Shown: positions 39,901-52,226 of the stretch, piece after piece
Numbering within the stretch: the first letter of the stretch is position 1
Layout: the number at the start of each line of letters is the position of its first letter
DNA from: Bilabrum cf. latius
Lineage: Eukaryota
Direction: 5' to 3'
DNA length: 64,000 nt
NCBI GenBank assembly: GCA_965178125.1
Contig: OZ237737.1
Location: 1,240,001 to 1,304,000 of the forward strand
Program-made: the position numbers and the translations under genes
Notes under the pieces: generated by a model
Told to the model about the DNA's origin: nothing
Seen by the model: only the letters and a program-made list of their open reading frames with translations
The model's database searches: none

Positions 39901-42545
39901 TGCTGGACCTCGGCTCTCTCGAAGGTCGTAAGCACCATCGCAAACCAGAAGGTCATGTGGTACTGCGAAAACCACGGACTCTTCGGCCAGGATTAGGCCG
40001 GATTTCGCATCGGCAAGAACTGCCAGCAGGCCTACTCAGCGGTGATGGAATGGATTACCCAACGAAGGGGTGCTGGAGGTTTTCTGGTATTCTTTGACAT
40101 CAAAGGAGCATTTGACAGTTGCAAGTGGAACATCATCGAGGCCATCATGACGGAGCAAGGATGGGGACGCCAGACGGTCCGCTTTCTCATGGCCCGCATG
40201 CAGGTGGCCATCCGCGTTCGAGACCCACTCACCAGGAGGGTCTCTACCAGAGTGCAGAAGACGGCGGGCACCCCCTAGGGCGAGATTCTGTCTCCCACCA
40301 TCTTCCTGGTACTGATGGGGGTTCTCCTGGAAACGCTGCGGAAAGAGAGGCTCCAGCACGGGCACCATCAAAGGATCGTGACCGACACCGGACGATACGT
40401 TGAATGTGGACAAGTCGGGTACGCAGACGACTACGTGGCACTGACGTCGAACTGGAACGAAGCAGTGGCGGTCATGAAGCTAGTCAAGAGCCTGTTTGCA
40501 CTTGCGGGCATGTAGCTGGGAATCAAGCCCCTGACAGCATCGGGCCAGGGAACCAAGACAGCGATCATGGCCTTTGGCTACGCTCGGGACTCAATTCCTG
40601 GGGACATGCCAGAGGGCGTCGCATGCAGAGCAGCGGACGCGGGAGAGACGGATGGGGAGTGGACCATCCCACTTGCCTCATCCTACCTGTACCTCGGTCT
40701 ACTCATTTCGACCCAACCAGTACGGATCAGCCCAGATGAAGTAGCTGGGCTGACGCAGGCGAGAGACATCTGGGTAATTGATATGGCACCCCACGTACGC
40801 AGGAGGATTGCGATGGCGTACCGGGCGGCCAGGGACATCACACGAGCGGCGGTGAACGGCAACTGGGCGGTCTCCCTGCACGCCCAGCTGCTCCATGCAG
40901 GAGCAATCACGAGTGCATTCTACGGAGCAGAGGCAGCGGCATGTGCAACAGGATGGGACACCTTGTCAGGATTAGGATATGGTTCCCAAGTTTTCTACGG
41001 GATGGAACTGAACCTGGAAGTCCTCAAGATGCTGGACAAATTCCTGCTGGATACGCGCTGGATGATTGTCAGCGGATCGACACAGGTAAGGCCCTTCACC
41101 ATGGGCGGTCGATACGTGCCAAACCTTGCGATGGACACTGAGCTGCTGACGGCATCGGCAGCAGGGCGTGTTGCTATGGGCCTGCTGGACCTGATCGAGT
41201 GTCCCTCGAAGAAGGGCCTTGATGTTGCGGCCAGGTTCATCCACCAGGGCCGATTCCTGCAGGGACCACCAGTACAGACAGGCCCACTCGGGGCCGCGCT
41301 GGCACTGGGATTCAGGATCAAGATGGCAGGGTGGACCCACCGGATCGATGACGCGAAGGACTGGCTGGGATGCCAGGAGACTGCAAAAAAAGTCACAAAG
41401 TGGAGGAAATCCAAATCCGGAGCTGCTGACCGATCGTTCACAAGCCTGAGCCTGGGATGCTCGCACGATCCGGCACTGTCGGATTGGGACCGGGAGAGAG
41501 CTGCGCTCGGAGTGGTCATGCTTAACCGGTACGCAACGAAGGGACGGTATGCCTTCGGACCAGGAGCCATGCCAACAGCAGCGGTGGTGCAGGAATACGG
41601 CCACCAAGGAAGACGAATTCTGCGCATCCGAGCTGGACAATACCCGCAACAGGGCACGCCCAACCTTCAAGTGATGGGCACCGCGGTAGAGCAGATGGAG
41701 CGGGCCGAGCATGACCATCATGCCGGAACGAGACCGTGGCAACCCGATGATGCGGATCAGAATAGAGGGAGGTCCCCTGCCTCCCTCCGGAAAGCATGGG
41801 CGAAGACAGCTCTCGCTCAGGACCCTTGGGACGAGAAGCTGGAGCGCACCAGCAGGGCCAAGCCAATCGTCGAAGACGCACTCACTCGGATAGAGCGTAC
41901 GATTGCGCGGTCATCGGAACGGACAGCTGTCAAGGAGCTGGCCAACCGAGTGGTGCAGGTGATCAGGAACCAGCTGCGCTAGCAGGAGTAGCTGACGTGC
42001 AGGCAGTGGATGCGAGGCGATGCGGCGGCTGCTCTTGCCGCCACGGCCACGCAAGAGCTGATAGCGGCAACCAATGCGAACGCTCGGCTACAGCGACGGG
42101 TGTTTAAGCCCCACGGCTTGCTAAGGGACATAGAGAGGCAATGGGCCAAAGGCATGAGCGCGTGCATGCTAGCCTCTCTGAAGGATCGTGAGACGCAGAG
42201 ACGGTCATGGAGGAGGAAATGGTGGGTCCCGGCAGGGGACCCTGATGTGGGACTGGACCGCGCTTTGTGCCGGGCACATGCTCCGCACCTGTATGCTTTC
42301 TCCCTGTGAAGGCATCAGGCTGAGGGCTTGTGGGGGACCACATTGATGGCGAATAAAGGGGACTCGGCGGTGTAGGCTGAGATTGGGGGGCCTTTGGCCT
42401 GAAAGGGTCGGGGGTCTTGTAGTCCTTGTTTGAGGACTCCTCTGGATTCAGGTGATCACTCGAACTCCTTCGGGGGCAACGGTGCATCTGGGTGCTTGTG
42501 GAATCTTTACCCAACAATGTATTTCTGTATTTCTGTATTTCCCCC
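36981..42545 (+). mobile_element. Non-LTR retrotransposon (LINE), single-ORF APE+RT type, apparently intact; 5' boundary uncertain (about 36900-37157)
   Basis: APE endonuclease and RT motifs in one frame, a structured 3' UTR and a (TATTTCTG)n tail. Inserted between two divergently transcribed host genes. Confidence 0.9.
37195..42309 (+). CDS. LINE polyprotein, 1704 aa (unknown N-terminal domain, APE endonuclease, reverse transcriptase, long C-terminal region)
   Basis: One frame with 10 TAGs (38380, 38776, 39238, 39394, 39712, 39994, 40276, 40513, 41980, 41989), no TAA, TGA or frameshift inside; ends in TGA. APE motifs: IATKN, DVFVGTET, GVCVAV, ACYNPP, VTGDFN, TLDAI, SDH. RT motifs: KAVGPDGI, FRPI..SALSK, *AGFR, FFDIKGAFD, GTP*GEILSPTIF, YADD, YLYLG. 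Confidence 0.92.
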
Positions 42546-42707
42546 GGGGGGCCTTTGGCCTGAAAGGGTCGGGGGTCTTGTAGTCCTTTGTTTTAGGGCT
42601 CCTCTTGATCTAGGTGATCACCCAAACCCCCTCGGGGGCGACGGTGCATCTGGGTGCTTACGGAATCTTTACCCAACAATGTATTTCTGTATTTCTGTAT
42701 TTCCCCC
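42385..42707 (+). repeat. Diverged head-to-tail duplication of the LINE 3'-terminal ~161 bp (copy 1 42385-42545, copy 2 42546-42707)
   Basis: Both copies start ggggggcctttggcctgaaagggtc and end acccaacaatgtatttctgtatttctgtatttccccc, with roughly a dozen internal substitutions. Confidence 0.95.
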
Positions 42708-43435
42708 CATCGGGCTCAGGCAGATGACACCACTGGCGACAAATTCTGGGTTTGAAGAATGTGCCCGTGCGTATGCCTGCCTGTGTTCACTTTATCAACG
42801 TGGTGCTAACACGTGCTGGGGTTGTGCCCTACAGGCAACGCCACTGTGTTGGAGCATAGCTCCACCGACAGGTTTCGTTGTGCTCGTTGCGTCCAATAAT
42901 ACCGCGTCCCAAACATTGAATAATAAGGTTATGCTTCGAGTTTGATTCCGGCCTCCGGAGTATGGGACGGGGGACGGACACACCACTGGCTGCGACCAAA
43001 ACTCAGGCTGTCGTGTTGGCGACCACTGGCAGTGGCTCCGAATGGATGGCCTGGTCGATGTGCACCGCCTAGATCTACTAAGAAACAAGTACCAACCACT
43101 CCAAGCATAGCCTGAAGACAACCCTACTCTTGGTGCTTTCAATGGGTGGCACGCATTCGGACCTGGCTGCAAGCTCGAGACGCTCTGATTCAGAGGTGCA
43201 ACGAGCAACCGACATAATCGATACGATCGGCCCTTCACTGGTCTAGATCGACCTTAGCACAGTTCGTGAGGCCAATCTAGTGCACGACTGTGAATTAATT
43301 ACTGATGCTCATCTGAGAAGTACCGATACATGCATTGCCCCCGTCTACATCGCAGGAAGGGCGTTGCATCGAGCTCGAGCGACAGTTGTATCCGCTGGAA
43401 GCTCGATCAACACTGGTCATGTAGCAAGTTCAGGC

Positions 43436-46400
43436 ATGGATGCATCGAAGAGTCTCGGGAGGCGGTCCGACTCCAGTCGTGATGTGCTTCGCAAGTTCGC
43501 GGGCAGTCGACAATCTCAAACTGGCCCGGGCCAAACCAGCCCAATGAAGTCCACCCGCAAAGCATCCGCTGGTGCGTCTTCGCGCGGAAGCACACCTGAC
43601 AAAAGTTTGGGGATGAACAGATCAGAAACGCCCCCTGCCATGCTCTCATCGGCCCTTGACGAGACGGTCTTCGAGGCCAGAGAGGCGCTTCCGGTGCACC
43701 CTTGCTGGGTCAGTCGACTGGGCTGGCTTGAGGTCATGCAAGACACCTCCGGACTTCAGATTGATGCATTACCCCCGGAAGCACAGCGGGCGATGGAGAC
43801 GAGGCAACGGGCGGCAACCGGTGGCGGGGCAGCCGCCCAGACCCCCAGGGGGGCCCCCGCCACCGGAGTCCCCCCCGGGCAGACGAAGCTGCTAGAACCG
43901 CAATCCCCCGGGTCGAAAAGCGGATACAAGGGCCCCCCGGGCAGCATGACCGCTGGGCTCCTGGCACTGACGATGGCTGAGATAGGAGGGGCTGAAGGTC
44001 CTGGGGACGATAGTGCAACGGGAGCTGGTAGTGCCGAGCAAGGCTCTGGCAGCAATCAAACGTCCGACGGTAGAGCTAGAGGCAATCATGGGAAGCCGAG
44101 ACAGCAAGCAAACAGCTTGATACTGCCCTTGGCAACTTTCGAGCACTTCACGATGGCAAGGCCTGATGGCATGGCTCGGTGGGTGGATGCCGTTAGGCTA
44201 AGGGCGGCGTGCACGTCGGCTGCAAGGGCGAAAGCTGTCAGTGATTTCTCCACGCAGTGGGCGACTCAAGGTGCCAAAGTGCTCGGGGCTGTCCCAGAAA
44301 CATCTGTCCTGCAGACCACAGGCCAGCACGGTGGTGCACCGCACGATGGCTTGCGCGGGAGCGTTGTCCACGGAGGCGTGACACGCACGCTCACTGCCAG
44401 CGAGTCGGCCGCATCACTCAGTGGTGCCCTTCGAACCTCGGAGCGGGGTGCAGAGCAAGCAGCTGCGCGCGCAGTCCAGAAGGCCGAGACGCTCGAGGGC
44501 GCAGTGCGTACAGACGCGGCCCGCATCATCCTTGCAGAGGCTGGCGCTGCGTGGCTGGTGGACCGACAGGTGGACTGCATCGAGCTGCTTTGCTGCTTGG
44601 CGTTGTTCTCGCGGGCCCCTGTGGGTGACCGGCTTGCTTTTGTTTTCGAGCTTTTCGACGCCAAGAAGGCCAAGGCTCTCCGCAAGCCCGCTGCTCTCCA
44701 GATGATCCTGATGGTGGCACAGTCGTGCAGGAAGGTCGGCCTGATCGCATTCCCGCCATCGATGGAAGAAATGCTAATGCTATTGGACGACCTGTTGCTC
44801 ACGGGAAAAGGTATCGATTCCACGAGGACCGCTGTCCCGTCTTCCATCTCGGCGCAAGAGGCGAGACACGTGAGGCAGTACCTCGACGGGGTCGGTGGGG
44901 ACATCGCCGGCAATCAGGCTATTGGTCTGGGAGGAGCTGACGGCACGTCGACTCGCGGTGAAGGAGAAGGCAGCCAGGTTGCCAAGTCAATGGGAATGCT
45001 GAGCCTGGCGATCCCAGCGTCGCCGCGGACCTCTGGTCAAGCCCGCGTCCAGAAGCCGCTTGCCACGATTTCGACAGCCAGCAGGAGCTCCATGGCGCCT
45101 AGCTCCACCAGTAGCAGCCACCACGTTGCCACGCCCCACGCGATCTACGGCGAGCCGCTCAGCGCGTCTCCCAGGGGCTTTCCAAAGAGAGAAAAGAAGA
45201 CGTTTACGAAGGGATTCGAGAATGTCCACACAGGCGACGACCTTGCTGTACAATCCGAAGATTCCCAGTCCAACCCTCGTCCAGTTCCACCTCCTAGAAC
45301 TGGCCAGCGGCATGCCTTCCAAAGGGGCGGCCGGGTCATGAAGACGGCTGCAGCCGATGCCCAGGCAAAAAGTGGGACACTTGATAGTGCCAGTGGACGG
45401 GACGATTCACATGCAGGGCAAGAGCTGCTGCTGAGTCAGCAAGCAACTGATTTGGGGCTGTGGGGCAGCGGTAGCGAGGGCTCGCTACAGAGCGTGGATT
45501 CGGCCGCTGTCCGCAGGGCCGGCAAGAGGCGCGGAAAGGCTGGCGCTCGAAGTCGGACTGGGGGTGAAAAAACAGCTGCATCTCGCGCGTCTACTGACAA
45601 GCTCATCAGCAAGCCGAAGAGCTCCCTGGAGCGGGCAAGCAGGATACTGAAGGAAGCGTCGCACCACGGCGACCGGGCCTACGCCATTTCGCAAGAGGCT
45701 TGGATGCATTGGGCCAGGACATCCGTGGTCGCATTCGAGTTCGTCAAGCTGCTAGAGGCAGAGCGTGTCCGTCTGCTTATCAAGGTATTCGGAGAAGACA
45801 TTGCTTCCGCACCAGGCTTTGCGACTGGAGTGTCAGCTGCAGAAGACACTAGCACAGTTGTTGCAGCTGCACTGCGCCAGCACCAGAATGCAGTGTCAGG
45901 CATGCAATCGACGGGGCCCGATGATGACAAGGGCAAGGAAAACGCTGGGGAGAATGCACTGGGGGGTGGTAGGTCGCAGGTGAGCCATTTTGCAGGCAGG
46001 GGGGCCCGCCGTGGTTCGATCACTAGACTGATCGGAGACGGCGTCAAGCACCGCAGACGGTCACAGGTGGAAGCGTAGCTGTCTGCGGTTGCTGGCGGTA
46101 GCATGGGTGCTGGTATCGCTGACGAGGTGGAGGGAGCGACCGACCCACTGAGTCTCTCTGCCAGCGTTGCCCTCGGGATCAGCACGAGCCATGCGCACCA
46201 CAGGGACGACCTTCGGCCCATCACGCCGACGTCCGCGGCTGTGATGGCGAGGGAAGCCAAAGAACGCCGCAGGGCCTCGCAGTCTTCTGTACGCAGCGGG
46301 ATTCACAAGGGTTAGTTGGCTGGTGGGGCGCCACGGAGGCGTAGCGTAGGCTCAGTGTCGTCACTCGGGGGCGGAGCCGGTGGCAGCTTGCAGCGGCCAT

Positions 46401-49400
46401 CGGACTCAAGGCGCACGCGCCGAGGTTCGATGCAGAGTGGGATTAGCCCCGTTCCTGCGGCTGCAGGACAGACGGCTGTATCGACAGAGAAGCAGGAGCG
46501 CCAGGTGACATACCCCAAGTCCCTGCCAGCCCGCCCGCCGATGCACTCTGCTCGCATCAGCAAGATCGCCACGGAACATGACCTGGTCTGGCTGTCGCGA
46601 GATCTTGGTTTCTCGATGGCAGAAATGCGGCGACTGCTTAGGTTGTTTGCTTAGTATGCTGGTGCTTCGGGCTAGGATCTCACGAAGCCGAAGCGGCCTG
46701 CCCCACCAGCAAAGGTTGTGTATCGAAACCGCAGCAAGCCGCTCGCACCAGTCGGCAGCTCTGACGCTGTCGGTCGCAATGTCAAGAAAATGCCCAGCCG
46801 GCCTGGGGCAGGGATTGTATCGCGCATGCTCACGTCACAAGAAGAAGAGGCCAAGGCGCAGGCAGCTGCGGCCGCAGCAGCCGGCTTGCCACCTCCGCCC
46901 GGACTTGCGCAGCATGTCGGTCAGTTCGGCAGTACCTATGGTGGCAAGGAGGGCAACCGATGGTCAGAGCTTGACTAGCTTGGACATCTCCGCGCGTTCC
47001 GCAACACTCTTGACATGGCTGAGTTCCGCTTCCTCATGAAAGAAGCCCTGGGCGGATTCGCAGGCGAGGACATCTTCGAGAGGCTTTTTGCGGTGATGGA
47101 TCTTAACAAAGACAGCTGCGTCAGTTTCTTGGAGTGGACAACCGGTCTGAGCCTGCTCCTCCGCGGCAGCAAGCAGCAAAAACTTGCGCTGATGTTCGCT
47201 GTCTACGACGAGGATGGCAATGGGTCGCTGTCGCTTGACGAAGTCCAGAAGTTTGTTCACAGGTCTCTGAATGGAACCACTCGAAAGGGGCGACATTCTG
47301 AAGGCAACAAGCGGGCGTAGGAAGACACGCAGGCGTTCGCAGCCGAGGTTATGCGTACCATTGACGCAAACTCGGATGGGGCCGTGACCCGCGAGGAGTT
47401 CGCCACGGCATTGATACGGGAGCCAGCGCTATTCGAGGCATTCTCCAGGTCAATTGCACCAGCGTTGGCAAGCAGTGCCCCTATCAATTTTGCGTACGCT
47501 GCGTAGACAGCCCAGCGTCGCATGGAGGACGAGAGCAAGCAGCGCGATGAAGTCGTCCGCAGGGTGGTTGAGCGCACGTCGCGTCTCGATCTCGGCCTGC
47601 TCTTCCGAGTGTGGAGGCGATACGGTGGCAGTCTTGGGGACAAGAAGAAGGGCGAAATACCAGATGCTCCCGGAGAAGGCGGGTCTTAGAACCCAAAAGC
47701 CGCAGGAGACGACGACGAGCCCGATGACTTGGACCTCAGACATGCCGCACGTACCGGAGAGCTCACGTTTCCAGCCTTTCAAAAGCTCATGGTAGCTGAA
47801 TTTGGAGTTACCCAAGCAGTGTTCCCGCTCCTTCGTCGAGTATACCACCACTTTGACGCTGCGATTGGGGATGGCAACGGGTCCCTCTCGGTGCATGAGC
47901 TGTTCCAAGGGCTCAGTCAGGTTCTCACGGGTTCGCTTGAGCAGCGCGCGAGCTTCTTCTTCGATCTCTACGACGCCAATTCTTCGGGGATCCTCGACTT
48001 GACTGAAATTGGGGCTCTCCTGTCTCTCACACGGAGCGGGGCTGACGATATTCTTCGCATAGGACGGGAGCAGCCCGGTGATGGGTCAGACGGCGGCAAC
48101 TCCTCGGAGGAAGAGGGCGGGCTTGACGGGGCCAGTAAGCACCACGCAAGCACGTCAGCGTTTGGTCAGGGTCGCCGGGTCGTCTCAGACGAGGCCAGGG
48201 AGAGGCGTCGACGTTGGAGGGAGCGACAGCGGGCCATGCGACTCGAGCGGTAGCGTAACCGGAGAGCCATCGTGGAGCCGCTCGCAGCCCTTGCCCGTGC
48301 GGGTCTGCCATCCACCCCGGAAGAGCTTCTCGGTCAACTGGATGCCAACGGTGATGGCCAGGTGCAGAAGTCAGAGTTTATCGCCGCCTGTCGCAGCAAT
48401 CCTCGCTTGCTTATCATCCTTGGGCTTGCGTTTGGCGGGCGAGCTGTGTCGGAGGTCATCGACGAAGAAATGGAGAAGGCGGGGCTTGGATCCGTGAATG
48501 GCAGCCTGGCGTCCAGCTCAGGCAGGGGCCCACGGAGTGGCCCTCCAACAGCATTGCCGCAGATTGACTTAACGGAAGAAGCCTCAAGCGGCGATGCGGG
48601 CGACGATAACAGCGATGCAGGCGCAACAGCCTCGCCAGAGCCATCTCCGGTGAGTCTTTCTGGTCTTAAGCCGTTTGCAGCGCGTGGAGGACCCGCACGA
48701 CTGACTGGACGGCACCCAGCGTTGTCACGCAGCCGCGTGCCGGGACCGATCGCTTGCCAATCAAACAGCAAGGCAAGTCTGCTGAGTGATTCAACGTCTC
48801 CGATGCGCAGCAGCAAGACTTCCCTGACTACTTCCGTTGGGGGGCGCCCCCGAGTCGGTACTGAGGACACTGCCACGAGTGCCGGCTCCACTGACTCAAC
48901 GGGTTCGGCGGACAACTCTCGAGGCGGCCGGCACAGCAAGCCACGAGATAGCGAGACCGAAGCAGCCGCCATGCAGGCGCGGGCTCTGCTGCGAGCACCC
49001 TCGGACTTGCAAGAATCGGACACAAGGCACCTGCGGAACGCATCGTCGAAAGCGACACTCGATTCGATCGCGGACCAGGCTGCCGTCTGTCCTGGCGACA
49101 CAGCCGGTGGCAAGGTCCTGGCAAAGACGCCGGTGCAGACCTCCGACCTTGCCTCTGACCTTGCCACCGAGATGGGCGCCACTGCGAATGGGTCTCTGTT
49201 TGCCCCAGGTTAGGAGCACGCCGCGTGGTTCCTGCTATCCAGAAGGGTTGCTGAGAACACAAAGCGCATCCTACAGCGCAGTGCGCTAGAGCGGAAACCA
49301 ACAGCACTCCTTGGCGAAGCTGGCGGACTCGGAGGGTGGGAAGATGGGGAGGCACCGAGCACAACTAGTGCTTTGCGCAGACACCGGGCCATACATGCTG

Positions 49401-51433
49401 CAACCGGCACAGTGTCCCCTTCAAAATCAGAGTCGCCGCGTGCTACAAGTCCCCGATCGCCCAGGGTTGACCAAACTGGTGCTGACTCGCCGCGGGTAAA
49501 GCTTGCTTTCGGAACGCAGTCACCAGCTAAAAGAGTGGCTGGGGCAGCCGCTAAAGCCTCGAATCGCGCTGATGCCCAGCCATGGTCCAGACACATGCGA
49601 ACGTAGCTAGCCATGATGAAGGCTCACGAAGAAGAGGAGCAAAAGGAGAAGTATCGCAGGGTGCAGGCCAGGCTCACCGCCGAACTGATGAAGGTGGAGC
49701 GCCTCGAGAGAGAGCAAGCCAAGGTCAATATCGCTTCCGGTGGGAGCGGGAGTGCTGGACAGGAAGCCGCACTAGCAGCTGCCAGCATCGCCGCAGCTTC
49801 GACGGAGCCGGGTGTGTCGGATTGGGGGTGGCGTCATGGGCTGCTAGGAGAGCTTGGCCGAAAGCGACTGGTTGGCTCTACCCGCGGCCGCCTCGGGCTT
49901 CACTCAGCCGTGCTGCCGGGCGCAGTGGGAGGCGTGGAGGGCGAAAACAAGGGCAAGGGCAAGGCACGGATTGCGTTCGGATGCACGGCCAGCCGCAACA
50001 CGCTCGAAGTAGCGATCCCCAGCCATCTCAAGGAGCAGGTCATCGCAGAGGCCATGCGCGAAGAACGCAAGAAGAATCCAATGCTAGGGATCACGAGCAA
50101 CCAGCCGGTATGGCGGGAGCGGAGCGCCACGTGGATGGAGGAAGATACGAAGTAGGCCGGGCGACATGGCCAGGTAGATGCCAGGGGCGGTGGTGCCGTG
50201 TAGGTGTCACCGATTCGCTAGGCCGGACACGTGGCCCAACCCAACGCAGTCCCACCCCAAGCTGGCGTTTCGCTGCAGAAGCTGACAGGTCGCGTCTTTG
50301 CGGGCGTCGGTGAGGCAGCCCTGCGCTCTGCCAGGCACGAGCTGCGACAGGCGAGTACACGGGAGGAGCGAATCATGATTCGTTCTCATCTGGTGCAACA
50401 GCAGAAGGTCTCAGAGCGGCTGGATGGAGCCCGTGCCAAGGCGCGGATGAACGCACGCATCAAGCACCTTCAAGTGCACAAAAGGCCTGCGCCCCCGGTC
50501 GTGATCACAGATGCGCCGCGCACCCTTTTCGCCGAGTCACGCTCTTCTGTAGTGGAGTCGAAATCACACGCAGAACTTGGTGGCCTTTCGCAGGCAAGCC
50601 AGTTGGAAGGCCTCAGCGCCAGCGACATCGAGAGATCCGTGTCGCCGAGCAGATCACCCCTTCTTGCTTCCTTCCATGGTCGTGCCACTGCCAGCCAGGC
50701 GGCTGCCATTGGATTCGCCCCCGTTCCCAAGTTACACATGGAGGGAATGTCGAAGGGGCAGCATCCGATGAGTCAGCTGCGAGGCGGGACATCCCGTGCC
50801 CCCGGACCACATGGAGTTCGACACGGCGGTGCTGCCGCCGTTCAAGCGGCTGGCAGGCAAGTGCTCTCCGCGAGGGAGCGGATGTTGCCTGTTGGTGGCA
50901 ACCCTGGTGGCATTGGTGGCAACCCTGCCACCAGGGCTAGGGCAGCAAAGAAACTAGCGTTTGGGAAAGCAGTGCAGAAGGGCGAGCAGAGTTCCCATCA
51001 CCCAGCAGAGCACGGACATGCAGCCAGCAGCGTGCACCGCCAAGACAGGAAAACACGCCGTCCAAGGGGAGGCTTCGGTAGCACAACCATTGAAAGCCTT
51101 CAGAAACTGCAGAAGAGGCTCGGGAGGCACGAGGGTGGAGGCAGCGCTTCTGAAGGGGCCAAGGCTAGGGGCAGATCTGGCGGGGTGATGTCCAAGGCGG
51201 ACGCAGCTGCCGCTGCGGCCGCAAGGGCGAAAGCCAGGCAGAGGCGGATATAGCGAGCGCACGAGCCGCAGAACTAGGTGTACTTCTATGGCAAAGGGCT
51301 CAAAACGCGCACGAAGCAGGCGACAGCGCGCGCAACTGCTGCTGCACTCGCCGCACGGGCAGCCCAGGCGGAGGAGGACTCGGACGATGAATGGGCCGGG
51401 GTCAAGGGTGTGCAGGACAATGTCATGTACTGA
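43436..51433 (+). CDS. Intronless 2665-aa EF-hand protein with two recoverin/calcineurin-B-like modules, a degenerate N-terminal module and long disordered regions
   Basis: Ten track ORFs share one frame, joined by 16 TAGs. ATG at 43436, TGA at 51431. EF loops DLNKDSCVSFLE, DEDGNGSLSLDE, DANSDGAVTREE, DGNGSLSVHE, DANSSGILDLTE, DANGDGQVQKSE. NCS-type linkers RGSKQQKLALMFAVYD and GSLEQRASFFFDLYD. Confidence 0.85.
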
Positions 51434-51808
51434 CAGCTTTCCTACCGCCATGGCGGTTCAGATGGCCTACATATATTCGAGCAATTAGATCTCAATATTG
51501 CTCAGCTAGGCTACTGGCACTTGCCGCACGTTGGGCCAGCCGTACAGATGGTGTGACCTCAGGCTGCGGCCTTTTGTCACACATACGTGCGCTTCATAGT
51601 TGAGGAAGTCGTGACTCGTGGCTCGCGGAGAGTGAGGTGAGTGTGTGGCAGTGTGGGCCGGTGCAGTAGGGCTTGCCTTGCTGTATCTGGTCACGGACGA
51701 AAGTCTACTGCCATGGTGGGGAAGGATGCAATATTTTGTGAAATCACCTCAAGAGCGCACGCTATCACGAAGAAACATCTGGAACGAGGGCCCATGACCT
51801 ACCAGACT

Positions 51809-52129
51809 TCACGCTTCAGCTGCAATGGCCGAAACCACCTAAGCTCCACCCTGAGGACCCATTTCCCCCTGGGGAGCGTCAGCATTCACGTTCCCTCCGG
51901 CGCCCGCTGCCGGCACCCCGTCCTGCTGCCCGTTCCGAGCCAACCCTGCCTTGACGTTGGCGATCGCCACGGCGAGGTTGTTGTTTTCGGCTGCCCCTAC
52001 AGCCAGGCTGGCAAAGTCCTCCCGGACCGCCCTTGCGAGCGCCCGTTTGGCCTTCGCTGCAGCCCTCCTCGATCCCTTCGAGACAAAATCGAGGATCCTT
52101 GAGTGGTCCTGCATGACCCGTGAGTACAT
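51809..52129 (-). CDS. Small hypothetical Ala/Gly-rich protein
   Basis: ORF 51839-52138 extends through TAG at 51839 to TGA at 51809. Coding-like composition, no recognised domain, start uncertain. Confidence 0.35.
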
Positions 52130-52226
52130 AGTGTGCAATGTGCAGCACCCATTGTTCGGTTACTGTTGACCTTAAACCAGATTTCAGGTTACAGAAGTCT
52201 ACGTTATTTACGAACAGAAGTCCGCC

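Noticed and set aside
42385-42707. Direct repeats as LTRs or a CRISPR-like unit
   Set aside because: Both copies are at the 3' end with none at the 5' end. The element encodes APE+RT with no integrase, and there are no spacers.
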